This document shows, piece after piece, positions 19,294 through 28,569 of a DNA stretch of 64,000 nt. Source of the DNA: Candidatus Micrarchaeota archaeon (lineage in GTDB: Archaea; Micrarchaeota; Micrarchaeia; Anstonellales; Bilamarchaeaceae); assembly GCA_964590665.1 (NCBI GenBank), contig CAZPWA010000001.1, positions 12,483 through 76,482 on the forward strand. Direction: 5' to 3'. Every line of letters begins with the position of its first letter. Position 1 is the stretch's first letter. A program made the position numbers and the translations under genes. Under the pieces are notes generated by a model. It made no database searches. It was not told the DNA's origin and saw nothing but the letters and a program-made list of their open reading frames with translations.

Positions 19294-20481
19294 ATGAATC
19301 AAACTCTTGAGTCTGATCTAAAAAGCGAACTTGACTCTCTGGAATCTTCGAATCTTTTGTGGAACCCAAAAACTCTTGGCGGCCCAAACTGCGCTCGCGC
19401 TACTGTTGATGGAAAAAACGTTGTGATGCTTTGCTCCAACAACTACCTGGGTCTTTCAAATCACCGTCTTCTAAAAAAGGCTGCTCTTGATGCTACAAAA
19501 AAATACGGAGTTGGTAGTGGTTCTGTTCGTGCAATTGCCGGAACAATGGATTTACATGTGGACCTTGAAAAGCTTATTGCAAAATTCAAACACACTGAAG
19601 ATGCGATCTATTATAATTCGGGCTTTACCGCAAATAGCGGTGCACTCCCCGCTCTTCTTCGAGAAGGAGACGTTGTAATTTCTGATGAACTAAATCACGG
19701 CTCAATAATTGATGGTCTTCGTTTAACTAAAGCGACTAGATACGTTTATTCTCACAACGATATGGATTCTCTTGAAAAGAAACTTCAGGAAGCAAGATCT
19801 CAAAATCCAAAGCGCATCATGATTGTTAGTGATGGTGTCTTCTCAATGGATGGCGACATTGCCCCCTTAAAAGAAATTGTTGATCTTGCCTACAAATATG
19901 ATGCAGTCACCTATGTTGATGATGCTCATGGGGATGGAGTTTTGGGTGAAAATGGCCGTGGAATTGTAAATCACTTTAAATTAGAAGGAAAAGTGGATTT
20001 TGAAATGGGTACTTTTTCAAAAGCCTTTGGGACAATGGGCGGACTTATTGCAACTTCTTCAATTGCAAAAAAATATCTTCTCAATAAATCGCGAACTTGG
20101 CTCTTAACTGGCTCTCATGGACCTGCAACTGTTGCCGCTTCAATTGCTTCATTGTCTCTTTTGGAAAAAGATGATAAATTAGTCAAAAAGCTTTGGAAAA
20201 ATACCAAATACTATAAGAAAAAACTTTCCTCATTAGGCTTTGATTTAGGAAAAAGCGAAACCCCAATTACTCCTATCATGACATATGATTCTGCAAAAGC
20301 CCAGCAAATGAGCAAGCGTCTCTTTGAAGAAGGCGTTTATGCTCTTCCGATTGTCTTTCCCATGGTCGCAAAGGATAAGGCGAGAATCCGCACAATGATT
20401 ACTGCCGAACACAAGAAGGAAGATTTGGATTTTGCAATTGAAAAAATAGAAAAAATTGGAAAAGAATTATCCCTAATTTAA
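19294..20481 (+). CDS. kbl: 2-amino-3-ketobutyrate CoA ligase (glycine C-acetyltransferase)
   Basis: Alpha-oxoamine synthase family with PLP-lysine context 'GTFSKAFGTMGG'; 395 aa; divergent from tdh. Confidence 0.85.
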   Translation: MNQTLESDLKSELDSLESSNLLWNPKTLGGPNCARATVDGKNVVMLCSNNYLGLSNHRLLKKAALDATKKYGVGSGSVRAIAGTMDLHVDLEKLIAKFKHTEDAIYYNSGFTANSGALPALLREGDVVISDELNHGSIIDGLRLTKATRYVYSHNDMDSLEKKLQEARSQNPKRIMIVSDGVFSMDGDIAPLKEIVDLAYKYDAVTYVDDAHGDGVLGENGRGIVNHFKLEGKVDFEMGTFSKAFGTMGGLIATSSIAKKYLLNKSRTWLLTGSHGPATVAASIASLSLLEKDDKLVKKLWKNTKYYKKKLSSLGFDLGKSETPITPIMTYDSAKAQQMSKRLFEEGVYALPIVFPMVAKDKARIRTMITAEHKKEDLDFAIEKIEKIGKELSLI

Positions 20482-20487
20482 TTTTTT

Positions 20488-21231
20488 TTATTTCTCTTTA
20501 TTCCATTCATCTTTGCTGTATTTTATTTGGGACAGTTCTTGTGCCCTTTTTATTTCTTTTTCTGTCAAACTATCAAATTCGATTTCTTTGTTTTGTGTGA
20601 ATCCAAAAACCAATGCCCTATAAAGTTCATCTTTAGAAATTTGCTTTTGCTCATAAACACTAGTTACCCTTTCCTTCACAGTACTTATCATTTTGTCTTT
20701 GATTTTTTCATCAGAAACCTTCAAAAGTGAAAACATTTTTTCAACATCTACCTTATACAAAATTGTTCCGTGCTGGAGTAAAATTCCATTGCGTCGGGTT
20801 TGTGCATTTCCTGAGATCTTTTTTTCATTTACTATTATGTCGTTTATTGGTTTGAATTGTGCATTAATTCCAATTTTTGATAATGAGTCTATAATACTTT
20901 GACAAATCAGTTTATACGAGTCTATTATCCCCTTGGGAAAATTTTCTTCTTTTGCAATTATGCTGTAGGTTATTTCTCCCTCTGCATCATGGTATACTGC
21001 GCCGCCACCTGTTCTTCTGCGAACAAATTCGACTCCCATTTCTTTGCATTTTTTCAAATCCACTTCCTTTTCCAAGCTTTGAAAATACCCTATTGAAATG
21101 GCACTTGGCCTCCACCCATAGAATCTGATTGTTGGTCTTTGTCCATCTAAAACCGATTCGCAAACTGCTTCATCTATTGCCATGTTCATTGAAGCATTAT
21201 TTTGAGTGTATTCAATTATTCGCCACTTCAT
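20488..21231 (-). CDS. lplA: Lipoate-protein ligase A, catalytic (N-terminal) domain protein
   Basis: 'RFYGWRPSAISIGYFQ', 'RRRTGGGAVYHDAEGEITYS', and the lipoyl-AMP binding lysine region; 247 aa, lacking the C-terminal accessory domain. Confidence 0.85.
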   Translation of the reverse strand: MKWRIIEYTQNNASMNMAIDEAVCESVLDGQRPTIRFYGWRPSAISIGYFQSLEKEVDLKKCKEMGVEFVRRRTGGGAVYHDAEGEITYSIIAKEENFPKGIIDSYKLICQSIIDSLSKIGINAQFKPINDIIVNEKKISGNAQTRRNGILLQHGTILYKVDVEKMFSLLKVSDEKIKDKMISTVKERVTSVYEQKQISKDELYRALVFGFTQNKEIEFDSLTEKEIKRAQELSQIKYSKDEWNKEK

Positions 21232-21530
21232 TGGTTTCTTCCCCTCTTAATTATTTTTGCTATGTCTTTGGCACTAAATCCGGCAAATTCGCAGTTTTGC
21301 AATTCCTCTTCTATTAATTTTTCTAATTCGCTTTCGCTTTTATCTAGATCAAATTCCGCCACTTTGCTCTCTATCTTTTTTATTTTCTCTTCAGGATGCA
21401 AAAAAAAGTCCCCGCATATTCTTATTTTTCCTATTTTTTTTGGGTTTTGCATATCTAAAAAATAAATATAAACAAGTTTACCTCCGCTTATTTTTTCCTC
21501 AATCATATGAATATTTTTTTCTTTTTCCAC
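21228..21530 (-). CDS. lplB: Lipoate-protein ligase accessory (C-terminal) domain protein, LplB-like
   Basis: 100-aa protein, 4-nt overlap with lplA. Its size and position match the bipartite LplA/LplB arrangement known from Thermoplasma. Confidence 0.65.
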   Translation of the reverse strand: MEKEKNIHMIEEKISGGKLVYIYFLDMQNPKKIGKIRICGDFFLHPEEKIKKIESKVAEFDLDKSESELEKLIEEELQNCEFAGFSAKDIAKIIKRGRNQ

Positions 21531-21567
21531 AATTGCTTTTTCTACGCTAACAAATATTAATCTTTAA

Positions 21568-22344
21568 TTGAAAATTCATCTTGATATGGAAAATCCTCCT
21601 TCGGTTCGTTTTGTTACTATAAAAGATTCAATCTACAAAGTCCTCTACTTTGAAAAAAAAGCCAAGCGTGCACGTTCAACCCTTAAGACTTCAAATGAGC
21701 TTCACATAAAAATTCCTCTTCACTGGAAAGATTCAATAAAAAACAAAGTGTATTTGGAGCTTCTTGAAAAAAGCATAAAATCCATTGAAAATGGAAAGTG
21801 GTCTGCCCCTATAAATTCTACTTATTCCTTTTTCGATGGTCAAAAAATTGTCATTTTAGGCAATGATCACATGATTTCCATCCGTCACTCTCCTGGTCAA
21901 AAACGAGCAGCTTTCGGTGATTTGGGTACAGTTTTGGATTTTGTATTTCCCGCTGATTTTGATCAATCACGCATTTCAAAATTTATTGATAAAAAGATTG
22001 AGGAAAAATTTCTCCCTCTTTTATCCAATCGGATAAATTCCTTAAATTTTAATTTAGGCTTCAACAAATCCATTTCACGGCTTATAATCCGTAATAATAG
22101 ATCAACGTGGGGAAGCTGCTCCAGAAAAGGTACAATAACCATAAACTTCAAGCTATTTTTTCTTCCCTTGAAAATTCTTGACTATGTAATAATTCATGAA
22201 CTTTCCCACTTTGATCATCCTCACCATGGCAAATCCTTCTGGAACTGTGTGAAAAATGCATGTCCTGAATATAAGGATGCCTCCATCTGGCTCAAAAAAG
22301 AATCTTCCCGTTACCTTTTTTCTATTTTTTCAAGACAAACCTAA
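21568..22344 (+). CDS. DUF45/YgjP-like (WLM/M48-related) metal-dependent hydrolase
   Basis: 'HELSHFDHPHHGKSFWNCVKNACPEYKDASIWLKK' matches the DUF45 HExxH...FW...WL motif; 258 aa. Confidence 0.7.
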   Translation: MKIHLDMENPPSVRFVTIKDSIYKVLYFEKKAKRARSTLKTSNELHIKIPLHWKDSIKNKVYLELLEKSIKSIENGKWSAPINSTYSFFDGQKIVILGNDHMISIRHSPGQKRAAFGDLGTVLDFVFPADFDQSRISKFIDKKIEEKFLPLLSNRINSLNFNLGFNKSISRLIIRNNRSTWGSCSRKGTITINFKLFFLPLKILDYVIIHELSHFDHPHHGKSFWNCVKNACPEYKDASIWLKKESSRYLFSIFSRQT

Positions 22345-22381
22345 AAAAACAAATATAAATATTGACCTCTTATTAGTTTTG

Positions 22382-24484
22382 ATGTCCTTTATAAAAAAAT
22401 CTCTTTTGATTGTTTTGTTGCTATTTGGCCTCTTTAGTGCTGCAAATCTAAGTTCTTTTTTATATTCAAATGAATCTGCTTCAAATCTCACTTATCAAAA
22501 TTTCACAAAAAACGGTACCTCTTATTCTCTTGTTCTTATTTCCTCCAATCCGACTTTCCTTCTTGTTAATGGAGAGCTTTCTGTAAATAGAAGTGAAATC
22601 CAATCCACTGTTCGTGAGTATTACTTAAACAATTTTTATCCAAATTCTTCCGAACTTGACAATCTTAAAAATTTAATTGATCGCTTCAATAAAAGTCGAA
22701 ATGATGGTTTTAATGGTACTTCATTTGCAAATAAAGAGGAATATGTTTGCCGAAATGAAGTTCTTGCCTCAAATGGCCGAGTTACTATCCTCGGAGAACC
22801 TTTAGTTTGCAAAGATCAAGCATCTTGTCAGCGAATTGCCCAAATGCTTTTTGGTGTTTGGAATGAAGCGGGACTTCGTTTAGGTTCCCCAACTGTTATT
22901 TACGATGGACTTATTCTTTTCACTCCATCCAGTCTTGCCATGGATTCGCTTTTGTCCAATTTCACTACTCGCCTTTCTAGTTCCAATGAAAATAATATTT
23001 ATGATAATCTTGAATATATTAGGTCAAATGCTGATCTTTTAACCGGCTATACGGATAAAATTGAAAAAACTGTTTTTAGAACTCCTCGTCCAAATGATCA
23101 GGCTGATCGGACTGCCTGCATTGGTAGATGTTACGGTCTTTGTCCTGCTATGGACCTAGATCAGGCTCTTATTCCACAAATCAAAAACGCTGCTGCAAAC
23201 ATTTCTGCAAAAGCCCGTTTCCTTAAAAATTATGATCTTTATTCTAATCTCGTATTTAATGAAACCTTGAATCGAATTTCATTCAGCAATAATGAATCTG
23301 CGGCCAAGCAATATATTGCGGCTTTTAACAGCATCAATTCCTCTTCTAGGGAACTTGTTCGAAAAAATGGCCAGCTTCTTCAACTTGTTGATTCTCCTCC
23401 TCTTGAATCAACCTACAATCGATATTTGAGCCTCTCTTCATCAATTCCAACCCAAATAAACTCGCGAAACTTCACTCAGATAGATTCAAAACTCTCTGAA
23501 ATGCAAGCTGCTTCAGATGATTTGGTTCAACTATATCAAAATATCTCATATTCGTTTGAACTGACCAAAAACGCTTCTCGTGATGCAAATAAACAAATCC
23601 TTTTCCTCTCTTCAAAAGATCTGGATCCTTCAACTTCTGCTTCGTTGGACCTTCTTAAGGAACGGGTCAACTCATTAAATTCCCGATTTGGGTCTAAAGT
23701 TCCTGCCTCCTCTTTAGGATCTATGGAAGCAAACTACTCTCAACTTCTAAATGAATCGACTGCTATTTTGGAGTCGGATACTGAAGTTCCTACTTCCAAA
23801 GCAACCAATCTTCTACGTTCTTTATCAAAGAAAACTAATTATGGTTTGCTTGATTTTATTTCGCAAACCCACATGAATGTTGCGCCTGACAACTTGTTCA
23901 TCATTCTTTCCGTTCTGCTCTTTTTGGGCTTCTCCTCTCTTTTTGCCTTGATTTTCTTCTATTCTGTTCTTTCACTTAGGGCAATTTCAAGTCAATTTAG
24001 ACAAGTGATGATGTTTGTATTTATTGCGGTAATGGTCGGTTTGCTTTTCTTTTCAACCACTTCGTTTGTGTTTTTCAAAAAGACCTCGACGGATTCAAAC
24101 GTCGCCGAGTATTTGTCTGATTTCAAATCTAAAAATTCCGTTGCAATCGTTGTTGATGGCGGATCCAACGTGCAAGTTTCCCCGGCTATGCTCTCGTGTG
24201 CGCAAATGATCTCAAATTCTCTTTCTTCCCAAAATAAGAGCGTCTGGGTTTATTCTTTAAAATCTGATTCGTGCAGCATCTCTTCTATTTCTGGAAACAG
24301 TTCGGATACCTTATCTGCCTGCAATTCCTCAATCTCCAGGTCCGATTCTAAAATTTTCTTAAAAGCTGATTCTTCTGGAGCTTTGGTTGACCCTATGTTT
24401 TCAGCTATCTACGACAATCATGCAACGTATTTGGGAAATGCGCAGTACTTTAATTACTGCTATCCATTAAATCTTTATTCGTGA
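22382..24484 (+). CDS. Hypothetical secreted/membrane protein, Ser/Asn-rich (~700 aa)
   Basis: Signal peptide MSFIKKSLLIVLLLFGLFSAANL, large low-complexity ectodomain, two TM helices near residue 560, and a Cys-containing C-terminal tail. Start moved from 22256 (inside ygjP-like) to ATG 22382. Confidence 0.5.
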   Translation: MSFIKKSLLIVLLLFGLFSAANLSSFLYSNESASNLTYQNFTKNGTSYSLVLISSNPTFLLVNGELSVNRSEIQSTVREYYLNNFYPNSSELDNLKNLIDRFNKSRNDGFNGTSFANKEEYVCRNEVLASNGRVTILGEPLVCKDQASCQRIAQMLFGVWNEAGLRLGSPTVIYDGLILFTPSSLAMDSLLSNFTTRLSSSNENNIYDNLEYIRSNADLLTGYTDKIEKTVFRTPRPNDQADRTACIGRCYGLCPAMDLDQALIPQIKNAAANISAKARFLKNYDLYSNLVFNETLNRISFSNNESAAKQYIAAFNSINSSSRELVRKNGQLLQLVDSPPLESTYNRYLSLSSSIPTQINSRNFTQIDSKLSEMQAASDDLVQLYQNISYSFELTKNASRDANKQILFLSSKDLDPSTSASLDLLKERVNSLNSRFGSKVPASSLGSMEANYSQLLNESTAILESDTEVPTSKATNLLRSLSKKTNYGLLDFISQTHMNVAPDNLFIILSVLLFLGFSSLFALIFFYSVLSLRAISSQFRQVMMFVFIAVMVGLLFFSTTSFVFFKKTSTDSNVAEYLSDFKSKNSVAIVVDGGSNVQVSPAMLSCAQMISNSLSSQNKSVWVYSLKSDSCSISSISGNSSDTLSACNSSISRSDSKIFLKADSSGALVDPMFSAIYDNHATYLGNAQYFNYCYPLNLYS

Positions 24485-24488
24485 TTAT

Positions 24489-24962
24489 ATGTTATCTGAC
24501 CGAAACAAAACTCTCGTAGTTGTCTTTCTTGGGATTCTTTGCGTGGTATTAACGTATTTTCTTTTATTTTCCAAATCCCTTTCCTTCACTCCTTCTTCTC
24601 AAATAACCTCCAGCGAATTTGCCTCTGTTTTTCAAAACAGCTCAAAAGTCGTAATTTTAATGGATGTTCGATCCGTCTCTGATGATACTTTGCGCTCAAA
24701 TATTCTTCAGTGCGGAGTTGATTTTGCCGGAAGCTCTGGTTTTGGCGGAAAAAGCGTTTCTTATCGGTCAATTGATGATTCTGAATGTGTGACTGATCTT
24801 GGAAGATTCGATCGCTCATTTTGTTTTTCAGATCTTTCTTCTTCCCTAACGATCTACATTCAACAAGGTAACTCTACTTCTTTCTATTCTAATGGGATGG
24901 TTGTTGGGGTTGGAAAATCATATCCTGTTGGATCATGTGCAATTCATGCAACCCGATCCTAA
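24489..24962 (+). CDS. Hypothetical small membrane-anchored protein
   Basis: N-terminal TM (LVVVFLGILCVVLTYFLLF), then a ~120-aa Ser-rich domain with Cys residues. Starts 5 nt after the upstream gene (operon partner). Confidence 0.4.
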   Translation: MLSDRNKTLVVVFLGILCVVLTYFLLFSKSLSFTPSSQITSSEFASVFQNSSKVVILMDVRSVSDDTLRSNILQCGVDFAGSSGFGGKSVSYRSIDDSECVTDLGRFDRSFCFSDLSSSLTIYIQQGNSTSFYSNGMVVGVGKSYPVGSCAIHATRS

Positions 24963-25055
24963 TTTTTATTAACTTCTACGTAATAAATTGTGTTTGAAAG
25001 ATAAAATTTTTAGAATTTGGCAAAATCAAATGGATCGTTCACATCTTGAATGCTC

Positions 25056-26264
25056 TCATCTGCTTTTATATCTTAAAAATGCCCCAAGTCCGCCAAATCC
25101 GCTTAGAAATTGAGCTCCTTCTACTGTTTCAGTTGAAATTATTTCAATTGGTATTTCTAGTTGGTGTGCCAAAGTACTCAAGTCATCAATTAGTGGTTGT
25201 TCCACATCTTTTTTCATGCTTGCCTTGCAGTTTTTGCATTCTAAAACGTCCGGCAATTTTTCCCTCGATGCTTTTGTTTCTGTGCTTGAGCATTCAGGAC
25301 AAATGTAATTTGCGCTGTTATAGTTTAGTCCTTCTGAAATAAGTATTTTCTCTGCCTGTTTTGTTGTTATTGCATCTCTTACTTGTTTTTCGCCATATAT
25401 TGCAAGTCCATCGCTAACAACTTCTTTTATGAATCTATCAACAAGTATTTTTTCCTTTACTGCTTCTTGTTTTTCAAGTATTGCTTCGCTTTTTGCCAAA
25501 ACTTCACGAATTCCATATTCATCCGTGTATCCAGTATCAACTACTCCCATTACTTTAATTTGGTAATTGAACGGAGACATTTTCATGAAAAAATCCTTTG
25601 TTGGTCCAGGTCCGCCAACAACTACTCCTTTAACTCTATTTACATATGCTTCATCCATCGCTTCTCCTACTCGTTTGTAGTAAAGCTCAATGGATTCTTC
25701 AATAAGTCTTTCATAACGCCTAGCACTTTGTCCTCCTTTTCTGATTTTTGCGTGCGCAGTTGAGTTTAATTTTTTAATGATTTGAACGTTGGTTCCACGA
25801 ACAATTGCAACTGTGGCTTCTCGTCCATCTAAAACGACCACTCCGTATGATTCAGTGTTTTCTGTAAGGTTTTTAAGAGGGTCCAAAAAGAATTTGCTAT
25901 CGCACCTATAAGCTCCAATTGAAAGAGGCTCTGGCGGCTCAAGTGCAAAGAGTTCTATGTCTATTTTTGCAGGATTGTCTGAAATGTTTCCACAAAATAT
26001 CGCAAGTCCGTTTTTAGGGGGCTTGTTTCCGTAGATTTTGAAATGGTTCATAATTCGCTCTAATGCGCCAAGAACATTGGTTTTTGTTGATTTTGATTTA
26101 ATGTTGCTTGCCTGGCTCATTTCTTCTCTTAACTTGTTTCCCATTTCATGAATTGCAGATCCTGCTGCAATATAAACAGTAATCAACTCGGTACCGCTAC
26201 CGCGCATACTCTCGAGTTTTCTAAGTTCTTTTTTAAGTTTATACATTTTTTCGCTATCAATCAT
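25056..26264 (-). CDS. prf1: Peptide chain release factor aRF1
   Basis: NIKS motif (SQASNIKSKS), GGQ motif (KIRKGGQSARRYERL), C-terminal Zn-ribbon cysteines. Start at ATG 26264 (MIDSEKMYKLKK), which avoids overlap with purK. Confidence 0.9.
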   Translation of the reverse strand: MIDSEKMYKLKKELRKLESMRGSGTELITVYIAAGSAIHEMGNKLREEMSQASNIKSKSTKTNVLGALERIMNHFKIYGNKPPKNGLAIFCGNISDNPAKIDIELFALEPPEPLSIGAYRCDSKFFLDPLKNLTENTESYGVVVLDGREATVAIVRGTNVQIIKKLNSTAHAKIRKGGQSARRYERLIEESIELYYKRVGEAMDEAYVNRVKGVVVGGPGPTKDFFMKMSPFNYQIKVMGVVDTGYTDEYGIREVLAKSEAILEKQEAVKEKILVDRFIKEVVSDGLAIYGEKQVRDAITTKQAEKILISEGLNYNSANYICPECSSTETKASREKLPDVLECKNCKASMKKDVEQPLIDDLSTLAHQLEIPIEIISTETVEGAQFLSGFGGLGAFLRYKSR

Positions 26265-26275
26265 TCTAAGTACAC

Positions 26276-27403
26276 CTAACTTTCTGACCAATATATCTCA
26301 TTTCTTGCTTTTATTGCTTTCTCTAAGGCATTTTCACCCAAAATTGTGATGTGGCCCATCTTTCTTTTGTTTTTTGCCTCTCCTTTATCATATAAATGAA
26401 GATAAAATTCCTTGCCTAATTTTTCCGTCCCCCGAAGTTTATTCCCTTTGGATTGACCAAGAATATTTATCATTGCTGCATTTTTTACTAATTTTATTTC
26501 TTTCATTTCCAAGTTACAAACTGCTCTTAATTGCGCTTCAAACTGCGAGCAATTTGCTGCCTCTATTGTGAGGTGCCCTGAATTGTGTGGCCGCGGAGCA
26601 ATCTCATTAATCAAAACTTCTCCTTTTTTATCTATAAACATCTCAACACAATATGTTCCAACTATTTTCAATTCCTTTCCTATTTTTTGTGCGTATTCTC
26701 TTGCTTTTTTTTCCTGTTTTTCATTTATTTTTGCCGGGCAAATTGTTGTAAATAATATGTTATCTTTGTGAACATTTTCAAAAACCGGATATGTACTCAT
26801 CTGACCTCTTTCATTTTGTGCGCAAATTACTGATATCTCTTTTTCAAGTTCAATCATTTTTTCAAAAATCAATTCATTATTGTTTTTAAGAAATTCATTT
26901 ACTGCTTTTTGAGCTTCTTCTTTAGTAAATACGATTTTTTGTCCTTTTCCGTCATACCCACCATCTGCGGTTTTTATGACTGATGGGAGTCCTATTTTTT
27001 CCATTGCTTCTTCCAATTCCTCGTTGTTTGTTATTCTCCAAAAAGGGGTTACATTAATTCCAATTTTTTTAACAAATTCCTTTTCCCTTATTCTATTTTG
27101 TGTAATTTTTAGCGCTCTTGGATTTGGGTGAATCTTGACTTCTTTTTCTATTTTTTGGAGAACTTTTGCATCTACATTTTCAAATTCGTATGTAATTACT
27201 GAAACTTTGTGTGCGATTTTTTTGAGCGCTTCAATATCTGAATACGGTGCTACAACTAATTCATCCGCTATTTTTCCTGCACAGCACTCTTTAGACGGAT
27301 CCAAAACTATTACTTTGTATCCTTCTTTGTGCGCAGCTTCAATAAACATTCTTCCTAATTGGCCGCCGCCAATCATTCCAATTGTCTTTTCCTTATTTTC
27401 CAA
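26276..27403 (-). CDS. purK: N5-carboxyaminoimidazole ribonucleotide synthase
   Basis: ATP-grasp 'MIGGGQLGRMFIEAAHKEGYKVIVLDP' and the PurK C-terminal domain; 375 aa. Confidence 0.85.
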   Translation of the reverse strand: MENKEKTIGMIGGGQLGRMFIEAAHKEGYKVIVLDPSKECCAGKIADELVVAPYSDIEALKKIAHKVSVITYEFENVDAKVLQKIEKEVKIHPNPRALKITQNRIREKEFVKKIGINVTPFWRITNNEELEEAMEKIGLPSVIKTADGGYDGKGQKIVFTKEEAQKAVNEFLKNNNELIFEKMIELEKEISVICAQNERGQMSTYPVFENVHKDNILFTTICPAKINEKQEKKAREYAQKIGKELKIVGTYCVEMFIDKKGEVLINEIAPRPHNSGHLTIEAANCSQFEAQLRAVCNLEMKEIKLVKNAAMINILGQSKGNKLRGTEKLGKEFYLHLYDKGEAKNKRKMGHITILGENALEKAIKARNEIYWSES

Positions 27404-27414
27404 GTTTTTCCCTC

Positions 27415-27900
27415 TTAGATTTTTATTGCCTTGACTTCTTGTGCGGTTGTTTCCATCTGCTCTTTAAGTTTTTTTGAAATTTCCGGGTATTTAATTGAAA
27501 GAATTCTTGCCGCTAAAAGTGCTGCATTTGTTGAATTTCCAATTGCAACGGTTGCAACCGGAACTCCCTTCGGCATTTGAACTATCGATAAAAGCGAATC
27601 CATTCCTTTAAGTGCCTTTGATTCAACGGGGACTCCAATTACTGGTAGTGTTGTCATGGATGCAGTCATTCCCGGTAAATGGGCTGCACCTCCTGCTCCG
27701 GCTATTATAACTTCCAAACCTCTTTTTTGGGCGCTATTGGCGTATTCGTACATCAAATCCGGTGTTCTATGTGCAGAAACAACCCTCATTTCAAAGGGAA
27801 TCTTCATTTTTTCGAGTGTTTGTGCTGCTCCTTCCATGGTTTCCAAATCGCTTTTACTTCCCATAATTATTCCAACTAATGGTTGCTTTAAAGAAGTCAT
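27415..27900 (-). CDS. purE: N5-CAIR mutase
   Basis: '[14 protein letters not shown]...[10 protein letters not shown]...[14 protein letters not shown]' PurE signature. Start at ATG 27900 (MTSLKQ). Confidence 0.9.
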   Translation of the reverse strand: MTSLKQPLVGIIMGSKSDLETMEGAAQTLEKMKIPFEMRVVSAHRTPDLMYEYANSAQKRGLEVIIAGAGGAAHLPGMTASMTTLPVIGVPVESKALKGMDSLLSIVQMPKGVPVATVAIGNSTNAALLAARILSIKYPEISKKLKEQMETTAQEVKAIKI

Positions 27901-27934
27901 AATAAAAAGACGAAGAAAAAGAATAAAAAGTGCT

Positions 27935-28513
27935 TTATTGGAGGATTTCAACTTTCCCATCCAAATGGTATTTCATTGCGACGATTTTGAGTCCTTTGTG
28001 CATTGCTTCTTGGACAACTGGGCTTTTCTTGATTTCATGAATTACTTCTTTGACATTTTCATTTGCAAGCATTTCACATTCGCCTGGTTTATCCTTGCCT
28101 TTTTTGACTTTTGAAACTGATGGTTTGATTTTGTTTACAATTTCAGTAATGTTTGATTCCTTAAAATCATCGTATGCTGCTGCAACTGCGCCACATTTTT
28201 CATGTCCCATAACAATCAAAAGAGGAGTGTGCAAATGCCCAACTGCATATTCGATTGATCCAAGACCAATCTTATCAACTACATTTCCTGCGCTAATCAC
28301 TGTGAAAATGTCTCCAAGTCCCTGATCAAAAATATATTCTGGAACAACTCTTGAATCAGAGCATGAAACTATTGTTGCAATTGGTTTTTGCCCTGCTTTG
28401 AGCTCTTCTCTTCTTGAACTAAAATTTCTGTGTGCATTTTTGCCTTCAACAAACCTTTTGTTTCCTTCCATCAATACTGTTAGTGCTTCATGTCCGTTCA
28501 TAAAATTCACCAT
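27935..28513 (-). CDS. Beta-class carbonic anhydrase
   Basis: Zn ligands CSDSR and 'MGHEKCGAV' (HxxC); 192 aa; immediately upstream of purE-purK on the same strand. Confidence 0.8.
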   Translation of the reverse strand: MVNFMNGHEALTVLMEGNKRFVEGKNAHRNFSSRREELKAGQKPIATIVSCSDSRVVPEYIFDQGLGDIFTVISAGNVVDKIGLGSIEYAVGHLHTPLLIVMGHEKCGAVAAAYDDFKESNITEIVNKIKPSVSKVKKGKDKPGECEMLANENVKEVIHEIKKSPVVQEAMHKGLKIVAMKYHLDGKVEILQ

Positions 28514-28569
28514 TTTTCTGATCTTTAATAATTAGATAAAATATAAAAAATTGAATGGTTTTGAAAAAA

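Noticed and set aside
22256-22381. Upstream extension of the 700-aa secreted protein overlapping the DUF45 gene
   Set aside because: The extension is in a different frame from ygjP-like and encodes a basic, non-signal sequence. ATG 22382 gives a canonical signal peptide immediately.
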